In this document: positions 11,621-21,600 of the stretch, piece by piece | Position numbering within the stretch: the stretch's first letter is position 1 | How the letters are laid out: each line of letters opens with the position of its first letter | IMG/VR virus record: IMGVR_UViG_3300028025_004617 | Location: 39,959-103,958 of that record | From: a virus | Length of the DNA: 64,000 nt | Direction: 5' to 3' (one strand) | Notes under the pieces: generated by a model | The model's input: only the letters and a program-made list of their open reading frames with translations | What the model was told of the DNA's origin: nothing | Databases searched by the model: none | Translations under genes and position numbers: made by a program

Positions 11621-12994
11621 TTATTTATTTGCTAATTCTTGTCTTCTTTTAAATGCTTCTGCCGCTCGGTTAGCGTTGATTTGTGTTTTTTGTTCCTCGT
11701 GACCTAATAAGGTATTTTGTGATTCGGTATCAATTTCCAAATACTCGTTGTTAAACTTGCAATTTTGGAATACTACACCATCTTTACCAATACGAGATTT
11801 AAGTAATGTTAAGGTTGCTAAATTATGTTCTTTTTGTTCTAATGTTTTACCAATAGATAAGATAACGTGAGCAATTTGAGCTTTCTTAATTGAACCTCCC
11901 ATTTGGTCTCCTGTAACTACCTCACTAGCTATCGATTCTCTATTACCTTGTGTGGCTGTCCAAATAGCCATATCAAATTCACCAGTCATTGATTCTAAAC
12001 TTCTCATTACCGAACCTTCTCCTTTCCATTCATCACCATTGGTTGATTTGTCTGATGAGATACAATCCACGTAATCTAAAACTAACAAATCAATTTTAGT
12101 ACCTTCTGAATTCATTTTTCTGATTTTATTTTTAATTTCAGAAACGGTAACATTATCACTTGCCAATTTTAATAATTTAATACTACCTTTTGAACGTTGT
12201 TGAGCTTCCTCAATTTTAGCCTTAACTTCCTCAACATTATCTGGTTGTGAATCAGGTGCAATACCTGTCCAAATCGTATAGTGTTTTCTTTTAATGTTAC
12301 CCGGATTATCTTCAAAGAAAATCTGAACAACGTTGTAACCTAAGTTATAAGCTGTATTCGCAAACTTAGTAAGTAAGGTAGTCTTACCAGTACCTGTTGG
12401 TGCTAATACAATACCTAATTCTCCGATTCCCAATCCACCTTTAAGTAAGTTGTCAATTCCAACAATACCTGTCGGTAATGGGTGTCTAAAGTCTTTTTCT
12501 AACGCTTCGTCAATACCATGGAATACGTCGGTTGCATCATCATTTGAAATACCTACTTGAAGTGCTCTTTGGATGATTTGTTCAATCTTATTATAAGATT
12601 CAAAATCTCCATTATCGATAATACTTTGTACTCCTTTTAATTCCTTTTTTAAGTTTTGTTGTTTACAAAAGTTAAGAGCCGTGTCCTTAACATAGTCAAC
12701 TTGTTGTTCGTTGTTTTTAATTGCATCTAATGTATCCGCGTGTGATTTAGATGAGGTGTTATTACCACCTTCCGCCATAATTTTCTGTGCAATTGTATTG
12801 TAATCGGGTATTTTATTATAGTTTTTATATAACTCCTTCATATTTTCCATAATGAATTTAAATGAGTTATTGTCAAAAAACTTACTCTCTAATACGTCGA
12901 TGATTGTTTCTCCATATTTTTTATCTTCAATGATTGCCTTCAATAAAGATTGTTGAAACGAAAATCCTAAATGCCCAAAATTTCTCTCTTCCAT
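11621..12994 (-). CDS. Replicative DNA helicase (DnaB / T4 gp41-like)
   Basis: Walker [30 protein letters not shown] arginine finger. Confidence 0.93.
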   Translation of the reverse strand: MEERNFGHLGFSFQQSLLKAIIEDKKYGETIIDVLESKFFDNNSFKFIMENMKELYKNYNKIPDYNTIAQKIMAEGGNNTSSKSHADTLDAIKNNEQQVDYVKDTALNFCKQQNLKKELKGVQSIIDNGDFESYNKIEQIIQRALQVGISNDDATDVFHGIDEALEKDFRHPLPTGIVGIDNLLKGGLGIGELGIVLAPTGTGKTTLLTKFANTAYNLGYNVVQIFFEDNPGNIKRKHYTIWTGIAPDSQPDNVEEVKAKIEEAQQRSKGSIKLLKLASDNVTVSEIKNKIRKMNSEGTKIDLLVLDYVDCISSDKSTNGDEWKGEGSVMRSLESMTGEFDMAIWTATQGNRESIASEVVTGDQMGGSIKKAQIAHVILSIGKTLEQKEHNLATLTLLKSRIGKDGVVFQNCKFNNEYLEIDTESQNTLLGHEEQKTQINANRAAEAFKRRQELANK

Positions 12995-13021
12995 GTGTTT
13001 ATTTTATAATGTGTGTTTAAA

Positions 13022-13478
13022 TTACAATTGATAATTCAAGTATGTGGTTTCCAATTCTTCCGAAGACAAGATGTCAGTTAAGTCTGACAAAATACGCTTC
13101 AATTTTGGACGAATATCAACAGTATACCTAACCTTTGGATGGTAGTAATATGCTGGAAATATTCTTTGAATAAATACATCTTCATTCAACTTAATTTCCA
13201 ATAAAAAATGTTCTCTGTCCTTCTCGGGGGGCATCTTCCACATAGTCCGAAGATAGGAAATAATTTTGATTTTCACACAAATAATCGGAACTTTTTATTT
13301 TTAAATCTTCAGAAATATCCTCACAAATATTTTTTACGTAATAATGAAGATCCATAGAACGTCTCGCGTCTTCCACATGATCCTTAACGTTAAAGAATCG
13401 TTGACAAATGATGTTTCCCTCTAATGTTAATAGGAATTCAAATTTTGTGATGTCTTGTTGTTGTTGGTAGTTACTCAT
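13022..13478 (-). pseudogene. Hypothetical protein (~151 aa) split by a +1 frameshift in a C6 run (two overlapping ORFs in the track)
   Basis: Removing one C from GCC CCC CGA joins ...VEDAP to EKDREHFLLEIK...; the fused frame fills the gap between exonuclease and helicase. Confidence 0.75.
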
Positions 13479-14493
13479 AACTTTTGATTTTAATTATTTT
13501 TTTTTTATTTTTTTCTTTTGTTGTTAATCGAAGGAATGGGTTTAAGAAATTAACGAATCCATCGTCTGATTTTGGTAATAGACTAAAAATTCCGTCGTCC
13601 CTCATCATTCTCATAGCATTTTTGTAAGACCTACCTTCTTGGTCCAAATTTTCATTTATTAGTAAATCTATGTTTTCTTTAGCCTCATCGGTTAAAAATG
13701 GTTCTTCCAAACTTACGATACGATTGTTTATATCAAAAAACTCCTCACCTAATACACCATATTTGGTAACACCTGTTAGTAAATTTGCAATAAGTTTGTT
13801 GTGTTTGTCTTGTTGAAAGATTTCCTCACATTTGTTCTTAACTTGTTCAACAGAAATTTGTTCTGTTTTTAGTTCAGGGAAAACAGATAAGAATCTTTTT
13901 ACTCCCATTCCTCTTATGCCAGCAATGTTGTCTGAAGAGTCACCACACATCATCTTAACCAATTTAACATTTTCGATTAAGATTTCCTCGTGGTTATAAA
14001 CAATTGTATCGTTTTGTTTGTAAAGTTTTCCGTGTGACGGATTGTAAATTTGTGTATTTTTTGAAACGAGTTGTGTAAGGTCTCCGTCTGAAGAATAAAC
14101 TATTTTGTTTTCTTTAGGGGAATTTTGAGTATAGTAAGCGATGTTGTCATCTGTCTCACAATACTCATATTCTCCTTGTCTTACAAATAATTCCTCAAGA
14201 TATTGTTTCACTCTATCTCTTTGGTAAGAGTAAGAACTAATCTCTTCTTCAGAACGGAGTCGTGATTTTCTGTTTTCTTTGTAAGGTGCGTAAATTTTTT
14301 TACGAGTTTGAGAACCTTCCAATCCATCCCAAAATACTACTATCTTGTCTAAATTGTACGTCTCAAATGTTCTTCTAAGAGTATTAAGAAAATGATATAT
14401 TCCTCCAATATGTTCTCCCTTATGAAAGGCGTTTTTAACGCCATAGAAACCAATCGTAAGTAAATTGTCACCATCTACTAATAAAACAGACAT
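13471..14493 (-). CDS. 5'-3' exonuclease / flap endonuclease (T4 RNase H, PolA N-terminal-like)
   Basis: LLVDGDN, YKENR, ETDDNIA, SSDGDLTQL, GDSSDNIAGIRGMG (H3TH motif). Confidence 0.93.
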   Translation of the reverse strand: MSVLLVDGDNLLTIGFYGVKNAFHKGEHIGGIYHFLNTLRRTFETYNLDKIVVFWDGLEGSQTRKKIYAPYKENRKSRLRSEEEISSYSYQRDRVKQYLEELFVRQGEYEYCETDDNIAYYTQNSPKENKIVYSSDGDLTQLVSKNTQIYNPSHGKLYKQNDTIVYNHEEILIENVKLVKMMCGDSSDNIAGIRGMGVKRFLSVFPELKTEQISVEQVKNKCEEIFQQDKHNKLIANLLTGVTKYGVLGEEFFDINNRIVSLEEPFLTDEAKENIDLLINENLDQEGRSYKNAMRMMRDDGIFSLLPKSDDGFVNFLNPFLRLTTKEKNKKKIIKIKSYE

Positions 14494-14505
14494 TAAATAA
14501 ATTTA

Positions 14506-15486
14506 TTATAAATCACTTTCCTCTGTTACAACTTGTGTGTCCAAGATGTCTGTAACATTAACACCTAATTGTTTACCGATGTACTCTCCGTTATCACGTT
14601 TGTACTCTTCGATAGAACGTTTTTCTTCAGTATCGTCTTTACCATGCATAAATCCTTGTGGAGTTACCAAGATACGACCATCCTCATATCCACCACCATT
14701 GATGTGGTTCTTACTGATTGAGATTTTGGTACGTGTTGCGATTCTGATTTTTCTCTTATCTTTAGTGATAGAGATTTTGGTAGTTCCCGCACCTTTTTGG
14801 TTACCAAATAAGAACACTAATGATGAGTTTAACCAAATGGCTTCACCACCTTTAGCTTTAATTTTTGGTTGTCCAAAAGGATTGTCAGGTAATTCTACCC
14901 AAGGTTGGTTAACGATAACCAAACTGTTTGTGTAAGGTTTATCTGTTCTTCTTGAACCTGAAATACGTTGATTGATACCCATTCCAATTTTATCTGCTAA
15001 AACAGATGCATTGTGTTGTTTACCACCTTTACCATCGTAAGTCATCTTACAAGGAACTGAACCAACTGAATCCCAAAGGAATAACATATCGTAAGGAATG
15101 TCTCCCTTTTCTTGAGCGTCCATTAATTCGTTAATGTAGTCTGTGATTTGTTCAATATATTCGAAATCACTATTGAAAAGATATTCACCATCTTTATCAA
15201 ACCCCATTAATGTTGCGTGGTCCCAACTCCATTTTTGTTCTGTAATAATGAACACAGGAAGGATTCCTTTCTTTTGTGCGTCTACTGCTGTTTTTACTAA
15301 AGCCGTCGTTTTACCTGTATCACTATGTCCTAATAACATATTAATGTGACCCATTGCAGGACCTGGAATACCTGTGGCTTCCAAGAAGGCGTCTCCTAAA
15401 TCGAAGAAACGGTCAGCTTTGTATTCGGCTTCTTTTGAGAATTTCTTCTTGATTGCCGAAAAATCTGTTTTTTTAATTCCTGCCAT
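14506..15486 (-). CDS. uvsX: RecA/UvsX-like recombinase
   Basis: Walker A GHSDTGKT, FLWDSVG, IVNQ, KGGEA motifs; adjacent to the SSB gene. Confidence 0.9.
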   Translation of the reverse strand: MAGIKKTDFSAIKKKFSKEAEYKADRFFDLGDAFLEATGIPGPAMGHINMLLGHSDTGKTTALVKTAVDAQKKGILPVFIITEQKWSWDHATLMGFDKDGEYLFNSDFEYIEQITDYINELMDAQEKGDIPYDMLFLWDSVGSVPCKMTYDGKGGKQHNASVLADKIGMGINQRISGSRRTDKPYTNSLVIVNQPWVELPDNPFGQPKIKAKGGEAIWLNSSLVFLFGNQKGAGTTKISITKDKRKIRIATRTKISISKNHINGGGYEDGRILVTPQGFMHGKDDTEEKRSIEEYKRDNGEYIGKQLGVNVTDILDTQVVTEESDL

Positions 15487-15498
15487 TGTTTTGTGTTT

Positions 15499-15528
15499 AA
15501 AAATGGGGTGGATGTTTCACCACCCCGT
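15499..15528 (-). terminator. Terminator/attenuator hairpin between ssb and uvsX
   Basis: ATGGGGTGG...CCACCCCGT stem with an A5 tract. Confidence 0.6.
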
Positions 15529-15535
15529 GAAATAA

Positions 15536-16381
15536 TTAGAATGGTAATTCTGAATCTACGTCGTCATCTTCTTGTGGGTCAACCACAGGTGTAGATGGTG
15601 TCTTTGGTGCTGAAATTACTTCTTCAGTTGTTAAATTAGAAACCCATTTGCTGCTGTTAGAATCCCAACGTGGAACTTCACCCTTAGCAACCATTTCTAA
15701 ATAATCCTCAGGTTTTTTAGAATAAACATCTGACCAAGTTAATTCATTGTCTACCCATGTTTTTGCGACGTTTGCGTCTGTGTGTAACGGACCTGCGTCT
15801 TCAGGAATAACTGAATTAATAGTGGTGTACTCTTTACCTGTACCCGCTTTAGTCAAAGCTAAAGACAAGATTAAATCACGACCATTTTCAAGATTGGTGA
15901 TATCACCTTTGTTACGGAAAATTGGGAAGATTTTATCTAAAATACCATCACCTTTGTGATTGTGTTTGAATCTCCAAAATTTAGGTCCGTCTTGTTCGTT
16001 ATCACGATCAATAACTTTAACAATGTAGAACTTACGAGAACGATAATTACGAGCCAATTCCTTATCAGAATCAACACCAGTCATCATCAAACCCTCATAA
16101 ACTTCGTGTAATGGGGAACGTTTTCCCTCTTGTTTTGGGTCATATAATTTAACCCATTTTCCATCGACTTGAACTTCGTGGAAGTAAACTTCAACAAATG
16201 GTGATGAACCATCTTTTGTTGGTAGAATACGAATACGTCTTTCTTCTCCCTTAGAACCCTTAGGTAATACTGTAGTGAAATAACGTTTTAATCTGTCCTC
16301 TGAGGACATTTTGTTTGCGGTGCCACTTGTGGCGTTTTTGCTTTTCTCGTACTGAGCGAGTACTGCATCAAATGTTGACAT
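15536..16381 (-). CDS. Single-stranded DNA-binding protein (T4 gp32-like)
   Basis: RIRILP...PFVEVYFH, FYIVKVIDRD, GRDL, acidic tail ending DDDVDSELPF. Confidence 0.85.
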   Translation of the reverse strand: MSTFDAVLAQYEKSKNATSGTANKMSSEDRLKRYFTTVLPKGSKGEERRIRILPTKDGSSPFVEVYFHEVQVDGKWVKLYDPKQEGKRSPLHEVYEGLMMTGVDSDKELARNYRSRKFYIVKVIDRDNEQDGPKFWRFKHNHKGDGILDKIFPIFRNKGDITNLENGRDLILSLALTKAGTGKEYTTINSVIPEDAGPLHTDANVAKTWVDNELTWSDVYSKKPEDYLEMVAKGEVPRWDSNSSKWVSNLTTEEVISAPKTPSTPVVDPQEDDDVDSELPF

Positions 16382-16426
16382 GTTGTTAAAATTTAATTAT
16401 TTAAATTGTTATACTAAAATATACAT

Positions 16427-16455
16427 AAAAAAACCCAGACTTGGAAATCTGGGTT
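16427..16455 (-). terminator. Rho-independent terminator after the LamG-domain gene
   Basis: AACCCAGA...TCTGGGTT stem with an A7 tract. Confidence 0.75.
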
Positions 16456-16481
16456 AAAGTTTTTTAATATTTTTTTATTTG

Positions 16482-17402
16482 TTATACAAAAGGTGTGTCA
16501 GCACTCCATTCAGCACCATTGTTTTCTAAGTCATTGTATCCAGCAGCGTCGTAAACAGGGTTAGCAACTGAACCACCCAACAATAACAATTTAGTTGTTG
16601 CTGTTGTGGTTAATGGTTCGGTTGGAACCGTTAATGTTGAACCTGTATAAATTGCTGAGTTATCCCAACGGAAGTTAGTTAAATAACCTGACCACCAGTT
16701 TGGAGAACCTGCTTCTGGATCATCAACACCCATATTTAAGTCAAATCCAGCGTTTACTGAATCAGTAATATTTCTATTATCATTTAATTTAGTTTCCGCT
16801 AAAGTTCCATCAATAAATAATTTAGTTGTTGTACCACTTCTACAAATCGCAATGTGTGTCCAATCGGCTCCACTATTATATCCTGCTGGCATTGAACCAT
16901 TTAATGCATTACCATATGGCCAAATATAACATGTTCCACCTTCAATTGAACATCCAATAGTTGCGGTTGTGTTGAATCCTAAAGAGAACACTCTTGGGAA
17001 GCTACTTCCACCAACACCTTTCTTCATGAACCATTCAATTGTGAAGTCACCTGTTCCTGGTAACCAGTTTACCACGTCAGCATTTAACGCTGTTACATAT
17101 TGTGTACTACCATTAAATGTAATTGTACCTGAACCCTCAGCTGGTACTGTTGGGACTATAGGGTTAATACTACCCCAACTTATTACGTACTCATTTAAAG
17201 TACCCATAAATGGATTTCTAACGTTAACATTGTATCCATATGTTTCCATTAAATCATTTGCCATCGTGTCATTCATGTGTTGTCCACCAACAACTATTCT
17301 ATATAAACCTTGTGCCGTAGCCCCAGAAACTAACTCACTAATGTAAGAAAGTGAACCTGTTGTTGTATTTGAAGCGCTTAACGCAGCGGAACCTGATATC
17401 AT
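16482..17402 (-). CDS. LamG/concanavalin A-like domain virion protein
   Basis: GTGDFTIEWF, WTHIAICRSG, KLFIDG, GYLTNFR, TKLLL pattern. Confidence 0.8.
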   Translation of the reverse strand: MISGSAALSASNTTTGSLSYISELVSGATAQGLYRIVVGGQHMNDTMANDLMETYGYNVNVRNPFMGTLNEYVISWGSINPIVPTVPAEGSGTITFNGSTQYVTALNADVVNWLPGTGDFTIEWFMKKGVGGSSFPRVFSLGFNTTATIGCSIEGGTCYIWPYGNALNGSMPAGYNSGADWTHIAICRSGTTTKLFIDGTLAETKLNDNRNITDSVNAGFDLNMGVDDPEAGSPNWWSGYLTNFRWDNSAIYTGSTLTVPTEPLTTTATTKLLLLGGSVANPVYDAAGYNDLENNGAEWSADTPFV

Positions 17403-17429
17403 CTTATTTTATATTTTTTTTAATTTATG

Positions 17430-17801
17430 TTATTCCATCGTAAATAGATACGCGTATTTGTTTACCAATCCTAAAAATTCATCTCTTAAGTTTAATAAAT
17501 CCGTATCTGAAGGGTCAAGTTGTTCTGTAAATTGTACTAACGCCTCTCTAGTCGTATTAACTAAACCTTTAACATCTAACTCAGATAAATTTGATAATTC
17601 TATAGTTTTAGTTTCCTCATCCAAAACAAATCTACCATATTTACCCATCGCCTGTTCAATATACTTGTCAATTAATGGAGTCAAATCGTCGTAGAAATTA
17701 CCAAACGCCTCGTGTCTTGCAATACCTTTTGTTTGCCAATGACATATTTTCATTTGATTTTGTAAACCTAAAAAAAAGTTTACATTAGAACTTATATTCA
17801 T
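17430..17801 (-). CDS. Dps/ferritin-like four-helix protein (DUF5856-like)
   Basis: HWQTKG..RHEAFGNFYD..DKYIE resembles the Dps ferroxidase pattern. Confidence 0.7.
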   Translation of the reverse strand: MNISSNVNFFLGLQNQMKICHWQTKGIARHEAFGNFYDDLTPLIDKYIEQAMGKYGRFVLDEETKTIELSNLSELDVKGLVNTTREALVQFTEQLDPSDTDLLNLRDEFLGLVNKYAYLFTME

Positions 17802-18444
17802 CTTCTTCGTTTGAGTTAAATGATGTTTTTATATTTTCAACTGGATAATTTTCAACCTCATCTTTCGTTAAAACATACTCATTTTTACCACTTGCTCTCA
17901 TTTCACCTTGTTTGTGTGCAAAGAACTCTTGTGGTTTTTCATTAAATGGATATGAATCTAAAGAACGCATTTCAAGTTTTTCAACTTCAGTCTTTGGTTT
18001 GTTCGCCTCAACTGTTGCACCTAATTGGTCAATTTTAGACATTACTTGGTCCATTTGTGCCAATTTTTGTTCTAAATCTGTTAATTTAGTGAACACATCG
18101 TCCATCTTAGTTATTACTTCGTTGTTTGAACCTGCACTATCTTCTTGGTCTTTTTTAACACTTTTAACCATGTTAACCAAATCAGTTATGTCAACTTCTT
18201 CCGTACTATCCATTTCAGGTGCAGGTGCGGCGTCCATTGGTGCAGCATCCATTGGTGCTCCGCCATCAGCAGTAGGTAATGCATTTGGGTCAGCGGCCGG
18301 ATCCATAGGAGCGGCGGCAGGATCTAAAGCGGGGTCCAAAGCTGGATCTGCTGGAGGTGCATCTTGTTCCATTATCATCGTTTTACCATATTTGTTAATG
18401 GCTCTGTAACGATTTAATTCTTCTTGTAGTTTTTTCTCTAACAT
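17785..18444 (-). CDS. Acidic Pro/Ala-rich coiled-coil protein, possible scaffold/internal head protein
   Basis: N-terminal LQEELNRYRAINKY tag, DPA/APMD repeats, heptad region. Confidence 0.5.
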   Translation of the reverse strand: MLEKKLQEELNRYRAINKYGKTMIMEQDAPPADPALDPALDPAAAPMDPAADPNALPTADGGAPMDAAPMDAAPAPEMDSTEEVDITDLVNMVKSVKKDQEDSAGSNNEVITKMDDVFTKLTDLEQKLAQMDQVMSKIDQLGATVEANKPKTEVEKLEMRSLDSYPFNEKPQEFFAHKQGEMRASGKNEYVLTKDEVENYPVENIKTSFNSNEEDEYKF

Positions 18445-18447
18445 GGC

Positions 18448-18651
18448 TTAATCTTGTAATAATTGTCTACCGTCGTTGGTAATGTATTTTTTATTTATTC
18501 TTTCAACAATTCCGTCTTTTTCTCTAATTGTGTAACATTCTCCTGTTACCATATCACACTCTTCTCTTTCCATACCATCATTAGAAACTTTTCTAACTTG
18601 TTTTGGATTTAAAAAGTTATCCATTGTGTTATTTAATTTATTATTTTCCAT
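18448..18651 (-). CDS. Hypothetical protein (67 aa)
   Basis: Tightly packed ORF preceded by the late motif; CDMVTGEC motif. Confidence 0.7.
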   Translation of the reverse strand: MENNKLNNTMDNFLNPKQVRKVSNDGMEREECDMVTGECYTIREKDGIVERINKKYITNDGRQLLQD

Positions 18652-18695
18652 AATTTTCTGTTATATGTATAAATATCCCAAATTTGTTAATATTC

Positions 18696-21600
18696 TTAAA
18701 TGATTTCAAAATATACAACATCACCATCTTGTACTTTTAAATCTTTCATTAATTGTTTAGATAGAGCCAATCCGGATTTAACTCCTGTTGGTCCCGCATT
18801 AATTGGTCCTGTTATGTTATTAACGTTAATTTGTCCTGAACCAACTGGTGGTACGATTATTGGAGTTTTTATATCCTTTGGGTTATAAAACTTAGTCGTT
18901 CCTTTAATAATTAAATTTGGTTTAGCAACATCGAAATCAAATTTTGTAGAATAGAAGTATCTTGTTGACCCCGATAAATCTTTCCAAGTAATTGGATTGG
19001 GTTCAATCGTATGTTCAGTTTGTCTCGAAATGATATTCATGGATATTGTTTCTTTTATCTCATAATTTGGTCCACCCATGGTAATAACTTGGGCTCTTAA
19101 ATAATTTTTTCCGTTGAAACTAACTTTTTGAATATACTTCTCTTCGTTGTATCCATTATATGGTACCCCATATTCTGTAACTCCTTGTTCTAATAATATT
19201 TTTTCACCATTTATGGCCTGTTTACTATCTCCCATATCAGATAAGAATGTTTTACCATCACTTGTTGTGTATGTTTGTTCATTCTTTGTTGATCCAGTTG
19301 TTGTAGAATTTTCTTGTTCTTTAGTTTTAGCAATCGCAGTTCTTGTTATCTTGTCGAATAACACTCTATAACTCGATAGGAACGAATCCTTAGGATCAGG
19401 TAATGACGCATAAGGAATTCTCGTACCTTTAAATGTGGTTACTATGTTATTATTTCTAATACTATGTGAAACTTCGGTTATCCAATATGAACCTCTAAAC
19501 ATAGGTACATTTTTTAAATAGAAATACATTGTTGGTTGAATCATAACATTACCCATACATGTTACATCACAGGTATATGACGCTTGTCTGTATATGTCAA
19601 ATAAACTTATGTCTATTTGATTTGCGGCCGCACCGCTTTCAGAACGACCCAAATTCTCAATAACATTAAACGATTCTGTAGTGTTTCTTATGGAAGTTTG
19701 GTCGAGTTGTACACTCTTAAAAATACCTTGATTTTGGTCACCAATACTTACCTCAAACGCAACTACCTTATTAGATTTAGCATAATCTCCTTGATTAAAC
19801 ACCTGTGGTGTTGTTATAACTAATGGACTACCTACTCCACTAAATAAGTTACCACTATCGTTTTTGAATTTATATTTTTCATTAATATCGGCCAACTCTA
19901 AATGTTTAGATGTTGGTCCTGTGTATTGAATAAGAATTTTAGGTGAAGAATCTTGGTAATCAACATCTAAGAATGTTCCAAATAAATTTTCAGCAATTTT
20001 CTTAGATGGTGTTATTCTAGATTTGGTCGATTCGTTTGTTCCGTAGAAATTAACATATGCCGGTAATCCCCTCATATCAAATCCCGTACCTTGTATTAAC
20101 ATTGATATTACACTATATAGATTCGCCTTACTATTTTTTGCGTCTTCTAATGGTAATAATTTTTCAAGTGAGAGATACGCTTGGTCTCCAATATCTTTAT
20201 TTGCTTTATCTAAGAATAGAAATTCTTCCATTAAAGTCCTTTGTCCTAATGAATTACCTGCTACCCATTTATCGTTAAATGATTTAAAGTAATTATATAA
20301 TTCTAATTTTAATGGAATGTCATTATATCCATTTACTATTGTAACCTCATTTTTACTATCTTTAACTGATAATGTGGATAATTTAGGTAATAGTTGTGTG
20401 AAATATTGTCCTAATCTTAATTCAGGTCCTCTCAGTATTTTTGTTTTTATGTAATCTTGAAAATCTCTTTTTGTTGGTGTGTATGAACCACCTTTACTTT
20501 TAACCCATCCTGCAAATATTAAAATCAATGGTCTAAATGTTAATACATTTTCCTCACTTAATTCAATGTTATTAGTTACAAAGAAATTTTTATAACAATC
20601 TGTTGATGGTTCCCTACCTACATACAAATCAATATACATTTTATTAGAACTATATTGTGATGAGTTGTACTCATTGTATTCAAATCTATTTACGTTATCT
20701 ATTTCCGCAAAACCATTCCACACATTTGGTACTATTTCTTTTGGATTACCAATTGTTAGTTTTAATAAATTATCTGTTCCTAATATTTGTTGAGTTACTG
20801 ATTCTAATTTTTTTAGTTGTTTTTCTTTTAGTGTTGTTACAATTGCATTTACATCTGTATTATCGTTATTATCATCTTTATCTATGGTAACTAACGCCTT
20901 TAATAAATCTTGGAATTTATCATATTTTACAGAATGACTTTCAATTGTTTTTGTTTCACCACTAACAATTCCTGTTACGTTATAATCCGGAAATACTTTA
21001 TATGGTATTTCCTCTTCCAATTTTTCCGTTGCAAAATCTAAAAAATACTCTTCAAATTTATCTAAAATTTGTGGACTAAATGTTGCAATTAAATCGTATA
21101 TCTTTCTTTTTTCAGAAGTTACTAATGAATATTTGTCATCCTCGTCTTTATTTAAGTCGGTAAAGTAACTACCAGAATAATCGACCATATCAAAAAATAA
21201 CGTTCCAAAATCATATGATTTGTTATATTCATCATAATCAAAGAATTTTTTACCATCATAATAATCCGTTACTGATTCATTATCATAACACCATAAAACT
21301 TTAAAATTTTTCTGTTCATTACCACTAGCAGTAAGTCCGTTAGTAAAACCATTCTTAGACCCACCTACTGAAGGTAACAATGTAAAATATTTGTCTGAAG
21401 ATACTATTTTTGAGTTGTCTACAAAACTTGTGAAATATAAACCATTATCACCAACAGGTTCTCTAACTACATTTATTGTTTTAGCGGTGTATGCATTATT
21501 AAATGACGCAGTACTACCAGTTGAAAATAGGAAATGTGAGTACCCATTTACAATTTGATGGAATACGGAATCATATAATGGATGTAGACCGATTACATTT

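Noticed and set aside
15510-15522. TGTTTCAC as a second parS site
   Set aside because: Half-site only, lying in the loop of a terminator hairpin.
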